Origin: Ruminococcus albus 7 = DSM 20455
Lineage (GTDB): Bacteria > Bacillota > Clostridia > Oscillospirales > Ruminococcaceae
Direction of reading: 5' to 3'
DNA length: 32,000 nt
Assembly (NCBI RefSeq): GCF_000179635.2
Contig: NC_014833.1
Coordinates: 1,140,001 to 1,172,000, forward strand
Shown: positions 26,754 through 32,000 of the stretch, piece by piece
Layout: every line of letters starts with the position of its first letter
Position numbering within the stretch: the first letter of the stretch is position 1
Made by a program: the position numbers and the translations under genes
The notes under the pieces: model-generated
The model's input: only the letters and a program-made list of their open reading frames with translations
What the model was told of the DNA's origin: nothing
Database searches by the model: none

Positions 26754-27056
26754 ATGAATGTATTCGCGCTGATACTGCTTATCGGTATACCGATGGCTGT
26801 CATGCAGATATTGTACAGGCTGTACGATCCTGACGGCGTAAAAACGCTGGCACTTGCGGAAAAGCTGCCTGTACTCATGGGTAAGAAATTCCTTATACAG
26901 ATAGTGTCTCCGCTGCTGTTTATAGTGGTATTCGGGCTGATCTCGGTTCTGCTGCATATACCGATCGCGGTATTCTATGTGGTATGCGGGACGGCGATAG
27001 GTATTATCAACGGCATGGCAGTTACGCTTATGTATCACAGTGATGATCTGAAATAA
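26754..27056 (+). CDS. Small membrane protein (100 aa, about 3 TM), unknown function
   Basis: Hydrophobic ORF 26 nt after serA with a GGGGGA Shine-Dalgarno, followed by the terminator at 27065-27095. Confidence 0.55.
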   Translation: MNVFALILLIGIPMAVMQILYRLYDPDGVKTLALAEKLPVLMGKKFLIQIVSPLLFIVVFGLISVLLHIPIAVFYVVCGTAIGIINGMAVTLMYHSDDLK

Positions 27057-27064
27057 TGTTCATA

Positions 27065-27095
27065 ACAGCGGAGGATGTGTCCTCCGCTGTTTTTA
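27065..27095 (+). terminator. Rho-independent terminator of the serC-serA unit
   Basis: ACAGCGGAGG (27065-27074) pairs with CCTCCGCTGT (27081-27090), followed by TTTTT. Confidence 0.85.
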
Positions 27096-27097
27096 TA

Positions 27098-27126
27098 TTG
27101 ACAAATAAAAGTACCGGTGATATAAT
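27098..27126 (+). promoter_or_regulatory. Exact consensus promoter with extended -10
   Basis: TTGACA at 27098-27103, a 17-nt spacer, TGaTATAAT at 27118-27126. Confidence 0.7.
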
Positions 27127-27162
27127 ACGTTAAAGAAATGAATGATATGATCGGAGGATCTT

Positions 27163-28035
27163 ATGATGAACAAAAGAATTATAGCAGGGCTGATGTGCTT
27201 ATCTTTGGCATTTTGTGCGGTAGTATGTCCCGGTGCTGCAGATAAAGCTCTAATACCGTCAGCTGCGCAAGCAGATACTATTGATGACGGAGTTTTTGTT
27301 TACGGACTTACAGATGACCGTACGGGTGTAAAGGTCATAGAAACAGCTACATGGCCGTACGAAGGTAGGATACTTGAATCTGCAGATATCCCCTCTGTTG
27401 TCAGAGGACTGCCTGTTAAAGAGATAGGAGCGGGTTGTTTTGCCTCATACACCAGACTTGAAAAGGTCACACTGCCTGACAGTATTGAGGTCATCGGAGA
27501 TCGTGCTTTTTTTGACTGTCGAAGTCTTAATACTATCAGGATGCCGGCAAAACTGAAAAAGATAGGTCAGAGTGCTTTCATGTTCATGAATCTGAAAACT
27601 ATAGTACTCCCTGATGGCTGTAAGGAGATCGGGTCAAAAGCTTTCTATGAAAATGACGGGCTTACCGTAACTATACCTGACAGCGTGACCGTTATCAACG
27701 AGAATGCATTTCAGGGAACTGAAAATGTGACTATAAAGGCACATAAAGGATCGTACGCTGAAAAGTTTGTTACTGTGAATAATAAAAGGGCTGAAAAGCT
27801 GGAATTCACATACCCGATCACTTTTGTGGAGATAAACTACAGCACTGTAAAAGGTGATATCTCAGGTGACGGCAAGGTGGATATTACAGATATCGCAAAG
27901 CTATCCGCACATATCAAGAGTAAAAAATATGTTACTGATATCGGTTCGGCAGATATTAACGGTGACGGTATCATAAATATTTCAGACCTTACTGTGATCG
28001 CGGCGCATATCAAGGGCAAAAGGGCTATGAAATGA
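27163..28035 (+). CDS. Secreted BspA-type leucine-rich-repeat protein with C-terminal type-I dockerin
   Basis: Signal peptide (MMNKRIIAGLMCLSLAFCAVVCPGAA). Repeated IPDSV..IG..AF modules. A duplicated Ca-binding dockerin segment (GDISGDGKVDITDIAKLSAHI / ADINGDGIINISDLTVIAAHI). Confidence 0.85.
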   Translation: MMNKRIIAGLMCLSLAFCAVVCPGAADKALIPSAAQADTIDDGVFVYGLTDDRTGVKVIETATWPYEGRILESADIPSVVRGLPVKEIGAGCFASYTRLEKVTLPDSIEVIGDRAFFDCRSLNTIRMPAKLKKIGQSAFMFMNLKTIVLPDGCKEIGSKAFYENDGLTVTIPDSVTVINENAFQGTENVTIKAHKGSYAEKFVTVNNKRAEKLEFTYPITFVEINYSTVKGDISGDGKVDITDIAKLSAHIKSKKYVTDIGSADINGDGIINISDLTVIAAHIKGKRAMK

Positions 28036-28087
28036 CTGCAAGGCGTTTTGGTGCCAGTGTAGAACGTCTTTTGTTCATAAAAAGAAC

Positions 28088-28116
28088 TTGACTTTTTTTC
28101 GGATATGTTATAAAAT
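28088..28116 (+). promoter_or_regulatory. glyQS promoter
   Basis: TTGACT at 28088-28093, a 17-nt spacer, TAAAAT at 28111-28116. Confidence 0.5.
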
Positions 28117-28156
28117 ATATATACATGTATTTTAAAATCGTAAGGAGAATAATACC

Positions 28157-29542
28157 ATGAAGAATACCGAAAAGACAATGGAAAAGATCGTCGCACTGTG
28201 TAAAGGCAGAGGCTTCGTTTACCCCGGCAGTGAGATCTACGGCGGTCTTGCAAATACCTGGGATTACGGTCCCCTCGGCGTTGAGCTGAAAAACAATATC
28301 AAGGATGCTTGGAGAAAGAAGTTCGTTCAGGAGAACAAGTACAACGTAGGTCTTGACTCCGCTATACTGATGAACCCCCAGACATGGGTAGCTTCAGGTC
28401 ATATCGGTGGCTTCTCCGACCCTCTGATGGACTGCAAGGAGTGTAAGACTCGTCACCGTGCAGATAACCTCATTGAGGACTTCGACGGCACTAACGTTGC
28501 AGGCTGGTCAAATGAGCAGATGATGGATTACATCAAGGAGAAAGGCATTCCCTGCCCCAACTGCGGCAAGCACAACTTCACCGATATCCGTCAGTTCAAC
28601 CTTATGTTCAAGACTTTCCAGGGCATCACCGAGGACAGCAAGAGCGAACTGTATCTGCGTCCCGAGACTGCACAGGGTATCTTCGTAAACTTCGCTAATA
28701 TCCAGAGAACTACCAGAAAGAAAGTTCCTTTCGGTGTTGCACAGGTAGGTAAGAGCTTCCGTAACGAGATCACTCCCGGTAACTTCATATTCCGTGTAAG
28801 AGAGTTCGAGCAGATGGAGCTTGAGTTCTTCTGCAAGCCCGGCACAGACCTTGAATGGTTCGATTACTGGAGAAGCTTCTGCAAGAACTTCCTGCTGAGC
28901 CTGAACATCAAGGAAGAGAACCTGAGACTGAGAGATCACTCTGCTGAGGAGCTTTGCTTCTACTCCAAGGCTACTACCGACTTTGAGTACCTCTTCCCCT
29001 TCGGCTGGGGCGAGCTGTGGGGCGTAGCTGACAGAACCGACTACGATCTCACTCAGCACATCAACACTTCGGGCAAGAGCCTTGATTACTTCGATCCCGA
29101 GACCAACGAGAGATACATCCCCTATGTTATCGAGCCTTCTCTCGGTGTTGAAAGACTGTTCCTGACTATCGTTACCGAGGCTTATGACGAGGAAGATATC
29201 GGTACTCCCGAGAAGCCTGATGTTAGAACAGTTATGCACTTCCACCCTGCACTTGCACCTTTCAAGGCTTGCGTACTGCCTCTTTCCAAGAAGCTTGCTG
29301 AGCCTGCAGGTGAACTGTATGATACTCTCGCTAAGAATTTCAGCGTTGACTACGACGAGACAGGTTCTATCGGAAAGAGATACCGCCGTCAGGACGAGAT
29401 CGGTACACCTTTCTGCATAACATACGACTTTGATTCTGCTGAGGACGGCTGTGTAACAGTACGTGACAGAGATTCCATGGAGCAGGAGAGAGTAAAGATC
29501 GACGAGCTGGTTGAGTATATCAACAAGAAGATCGCATTCTGA
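28157..29542 (+). CDS. glyQS: Glycine--tRNA ligase (homodimeric class II type)
   Basis: Motifs [49 protein letters not shown], and the anticodon-binding C-terminus ([19 protein letters not shown]). Confidence 0.95.
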   Translation: MKNTEKTMEKIVALCKGRGFVYPGSEIYGGLANTWDYGPLGVELKNNIKDAWRKKFVQENKYNVGLDSAILMNPQTWVASGHIGGFSDPLMDCKECKTRHRADNLIEDFDGTNVAGWSNEQMMDYIKEKGIPCPNCGKHNFTDIRQFNLMFKTFQGITEDSKSELYLRPETAQGIFVNFANIQRTTRKKVPFGVAQVGKSFRNEITPGNFIFRVREFEQMELEFFCKPGTDLEWFDYWRSFCKNFLLSLNIKEENLRLRDHSAEELCFYSKATTDFEYLFPFGWGELWGVADRTDYDLTQHINTSGKSLDYFDPETNERYIPYVIEPSLGVERLFLTIVTEAYDEEDIGTPEKPDVRTVMHFHPALAPFKACVLPLSKKLAEPAGELYDTLAKNFSVDYDETGSIGKRYRRQDEIGTPFCITYDFDSAEDGCVTVRDRDSMEQERVKIDELVEYINKKIAF

Positions 29543-29577
29543 TAAGTCAGATGTACAAATAAACGTACTAAATAAGC

Positions 29578-29620
29578 AATCCCCCGAGCGTTTGAAAAGC
29601 TCGGGGGATTAATATTTTTT
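29578..29620. terminator. Bidirectional terminator between convergent genes
   Basis: Perfect 12-bp stem AATCCCCCGAGC (29578-29589) / GCTCGGGGGATT (29599-29610), followed by AATATTTTTT. Confidence 0.85.
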
Positions 29621-29625
29621 CGTAG

Positions 29626-30432
29626 CTAAACCGGATCGGGATTCGGCTGTCGTTTTTCAATTATCATATCTTTTTCCGGTGAGTCTATATCAAATTTATC
29701 GTGATCAACTCGTATGATCGCTGTGCCATAAGGCGAAGTAATCAATTCGTTCAGTGCTGGATCATACATTAAAACAGATGCGACTCGCCAAAGTTCAAGA
29801 TTGTTTGGATCATTGATATAATCATCGGTTTCATTGCCTGCACAAAAATACCAGCCGCTGTCTTCTTCTCTTGTGGGTTTATCACGCATTCCATAACCGA
29901 TCTTCCAGCCCTCTTCACGAACTTTTTTTGATACGATCGCTGTCATTTTCCACAGTTTTTTGCGTTCAATCATAGGGATATAGTATTTTTTTGAATCCAG
30001 AAACATTTCAACTGACCGATCATCAGGTGTATCATCGCTGGCGAGATCTCTGATATATGAATCCCATATCTTTTTTTCGTCTGCATTTTCGGTAAGAAGA
30101 ACGGCTAATTTCAGGAGCTGATCGGGATATGCATCAATAACGTGAACGATCTCTTTAGGATCAGCATGACCTTTATCTCCGTACACAAAAATGGATAATC
30201 TCCCGTCAGAGTAAAGAAAAGCCTGGACAGCGCCAAGCTTTTCGCTGTCGTTGTAGAAAATAAAAAAGCAAGGGAAATGCTCGTTGACGAACCAGTCGAA
30301 AGCAGTTCCGTTTTTCCCGTTCATATAGAAAACAGCACCATTATCTTCCAAATCAGCTGTATTTATATCCGGAAGATTGATTTTCAGTGCCTCTTGCATA
30401 TATTTCTCTATCTGCACCAATATCTTATTCAT
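29626..30432 (-). CDS. Two-domain protein: unknown N-terminal domain plus a C-terminal DUF2185/Imm33-like (polymorphic-toxin immunity type) domain
   Basis: The C-terminal segment EEGWKIGYGMRDKPTREEDSGWYFCAGNETDDYINDPNNLELWRVASVLMYDPALNELITSPYGTAI matches the DUF2185 signature as I recall it (DSGW.F..G.E.d.Y..dp.N). It has its own exact consensus promoter. Confidence 0.65.
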   Translation of the reverse strand: MNKILVQIEKYMQEALKINLPDINTADLEDNGAVFYMNGKNGTAFDWFVNEHFPCFFIFYNDSEKLGAVQAFLYSDGRLSIFVYGDKGHADPKEIVHVIDAYPDQLLKLAVLLTENADEKKIWDSYIRDLASDDTPDDRSVEMFLDSKKYYIPMIERKKLWKMTAIVSKKVREEGWKIGYGMRDKPTREEDSGWYFCAGNETDDYINDPNNLELWRVASVLMYDPALNELITSPYGTAIIRVDHDKFDIDSPEKDMIIEKRQPNPDPV

Positions 30433-30466
30433 ATCACTTCACCGTCCAATGAGTATATTTGTACAC

Positions 30467-30495
30467 ATTATAGCATTATGCGGCAGAAATGTCAA
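30467..30495 (-). promoter_or_regulatory. Exact consensus promoter of the DUF2185-like gene
   Basis: The minus strand reads TTGACA, a 17-nt spacer, TATAAT (plus-strand TGTCAA at 30490-30495 and ATTATA at 30467-30472). Confidence 0.7.
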
Positions 30496-30540
30496 TAAAC
30501 CTGAAATAGTAACTGTGACCTTTGATTTCTATATCAGTGC

Positions 30541-30555
30541 TGCAGTGTCACTGCA
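30541..30555. promoter_or_regulatory. Perfect 15-nt palindrome, a candidate operator upstream of the DUF3343/desulfurase pair
   Basis: TGCAGTG-T-CACTGCA, about 50 nt upstream of the ATG at 30608. Confidence 0.35.
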
Positions 30556-30607
30556 AATTCTTTCTGCATAGACTATAAAAAACAAAACGGAAAGGAAGTG
30601 CCACAAA

Positions 30608-30823
30608 ATGAAAAAAACTATTATAACCATGAGCAGCATAACCTATGCCATGAAAGCAAAGGAATATCTGAATTCGCTTGGCTATTGGTGTGAGGTGGAG
30701 CGCACTCGGAAAAATATAGGCAGCGGCTGTGGGTATTCAATAGTAGTGCGGGATGATGCTGATATCATCATACGCCAGCTGGAGCGCGTTAATATCCCGT
30801 ATAAAGGGATATACAGCGTATAG
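30608..30823 (+). CDS. DUF3343-like small protein (putative S/Se carrier-like)
   Basis: 71 aa. The N-terminal pattern (ITMSSITYAMKAKEYL) and the CGYSI segment resemble DUF3343. It lies directly upstream of a class-V desulfurase, the usual partner. Confidence 0.65.
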   Translation: MKKTIITMSSITYAMKAKEYLNSLGYWCEVERTRKNIGSGCGYSIVVRDDADIIIRQLERVNIPYKGIYSV

Positions 30824-30833
30824 GGGGGATGGT

Positions 30834-31973
30834 ATGGAACTAAAAAACATGGTGAATTTTGATAATTGCGCGGGTACTTATCCTAAGCCTGACAGTGTGC
30901 GTAAGGCTGTTTCCGATGCAGTGAGGGTACTTGGGGGAAATCCGGGCAGGGGAGGGCACAGGCTGTCACTTGAAGCAGCTGAACGTATTTACGGTGTGAG
31001 AAAAAGTGCGGCAGAGTTCTTTGGCGCTGAAACGGAAAACACGGCATTTACGCCAAACTGTACCTACGCCCTGAATATGGCGATAAAAGGGATAATGCAG
31101 TTCGGCGGGCATATCATAATAAGCGGCTGGGAGCATAATTCCGTCAGCAGACCTGTATATGCCCTTACAAAGCGCTGCGGAGTGAAATGTTCGGTGGCTG
31201 AGATATTTGCAGATACGGGGAAAACTGTTGAGAGTATCGAGAAGCTTATTCGCAGCGATACTCTGTGTGTGTGCTGTATGGCGGCTTCAAATGTCACGGG
31301 AAGGATAATGCCATACAAGGAGATAGCAGAACTGTGTAAGCGCAGAAATATAGCTTTTATCTGTGACTGTGCACAGGCAGCGGGTGTTCTGCCGCTGAAG
31401 GTAGGAGATGGTATCAGCTTTATATGTACCTCCGGTCAGAAAGGGCTTTACGGTCCCACAGGGACGGGACTTCTTATAAGCAGCGGAGAATTACCTCTTT
31501 CGACGATAATCGAGGGAGGTACGGGAGCAACATCAGGGGAACTGGAACAGACTCCGTTTATGCCTGAAAAGCTTGAAAGCGGCACACTGAATACCGCAGG
31601 TGTGACTGGACTTGGTGCGGGGCTGGGATTCGTCAAAGCTAAGGGCATTGATAATATCCTGCGGCATGAAATGGAGTTGTGCAAACGATTTGAGCAAGGT
31701 CTTTTAAAGCTTGGTGCAGAGGTCTATGACAGCGATATTCTTCGGGTGCCGATAGTGGCATTTAATATAAAAGGCAAGACTTCTGAGGAAACGGCTGCGG
31801 AACTCAGCAAAGCCGGATTTGCTCTGAGGGGTGGTATGCACTGCGCGGCACTTGCCCATGAAAGTCTGGGTACGGGTAAACGGGGAGTTGTAAGGTTCTC
31901 GCCGTCGGTGTTCAACACCCATGTACAGGTGAGCGAACTTCTTGGTTTTATTGAAAACAGGCTGTGCGTATAA
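30834..31973 (+). CDS. Cysteine desulfurase family protein (aminotransferase class V fold)
   Basis: PLP-lysine region TSGQKGLYGPTGTG and active-site Cys region RGGMHCAALAHESLGT. Start at the ATG at 30834 after a G-rich Shine-Dalgarno. The tracked start at 30753 would overlap the DUF3343 gene. Confidence 0.85.
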   Translation: MELKNMVNFDNCAGTYPKPDSVRKAVSDAVRVLGGNPGRGGHRLSLEAAERIYGVRKSAAEFFGAETENTAFTPNCTYALNMAIKGIMQFGGHIIISGWEHNSVSRPVYALTKRCGVKCSVAEIFADTGKTVESIEKLIRSDTLCVCCMAASNVTGRIMPYKEIAELCKRRNIAFICDCAQAAGVLPLKVGDGISFICTSGQKGLYGPTGTGLLISSGELPLSTIIEGGTGATSGELEQTPFMPEKLESGTLNTAGVTGLGAGLGFVKAKGIDNILRHEMELCKRFEQGLLKLGAEVYDSDILRVPIVAFNIKGKTSEETAAELSKAGFALRGGMHCAALAHESLGTGKRGVVRFSPSVFNTHVQVSELLGFIENRLCV

Positions 31974-32000
31974 ATGAAAGACCCCACAGGACGTATCCTG

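Noticed and set aside
28036-28156. Looked for a T-box riboswitch upstream of glyQS, which is common in Firmicutes
   Set aside because: The spacer is only about 120 nt and is occupied by a weak terminator and a promoter. I saw no specifier-loop, T-box or antiterminator architecture.

Overview
This window looks like a chromosomal, mostly housekeeping region of a low-GC Firmicute. A secreted LRR protein with a C-terminal type-I dockerin suggests a cellulosomal Ruminococcus-like Clostridia. I saw no rRNA, tRNA, CRISPR array, transposase, integrase or recognisable defence operon.

Gene content, in order:
- An orphan REC-AraC regulator.
- A nitrogen/redox cluster: gdhA, then pntAA-pntAB-pntB, then a truncated urease-alpha-like gene.
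- An EamA transporter and a PAS/GAF-GGDEF cyclase.
- An AT-rich ORFan on the minus strand.
- coaBC, a GH36 alpha-galactosidase, cca and vanZ.
- A membrane protein with a degenerate GGDEF domain and an intact EAL domain, followed by a GNAT acetyltransferase.
- A minus-strand TagGH/Wzm-Wzt-like exporter pair.
- An rtcB module.
- alaA on the minus strand.
- serC, a small protein, serA and a small membrane protein.
- The LRR-dockerin protein and glyQS.
- A DUF2185/Imm33-like protein on the minus strand.
- A DUF3343 protein followed by a class-V cysteine desulfurase.

The best candidate for something undescribed is the rtcB locus. It has an exact consensus promoter, then a roughly 175-nt leader with a 24-codon uORF ending in a strong intrinsic terminator, then rtcB. 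A tightly coupled, very basic 56-aa ORF follows rtcB and is absent from the supplied ORF track.

Other items worth a second look:
- A UreC-derived protein that has lost its catalytic barrel and sits as the fourth gene of the pnt operon.
- A response regulator whose phosphorylation residues are all replaced.
- Terminator-like leaders upstream of gdhA and pntA.
- An orphan minus-strand terminator next to the ORFan.
- An orphan immunity-like protein.

All function calls rest on motif and family recognition by eye. No searches were run.
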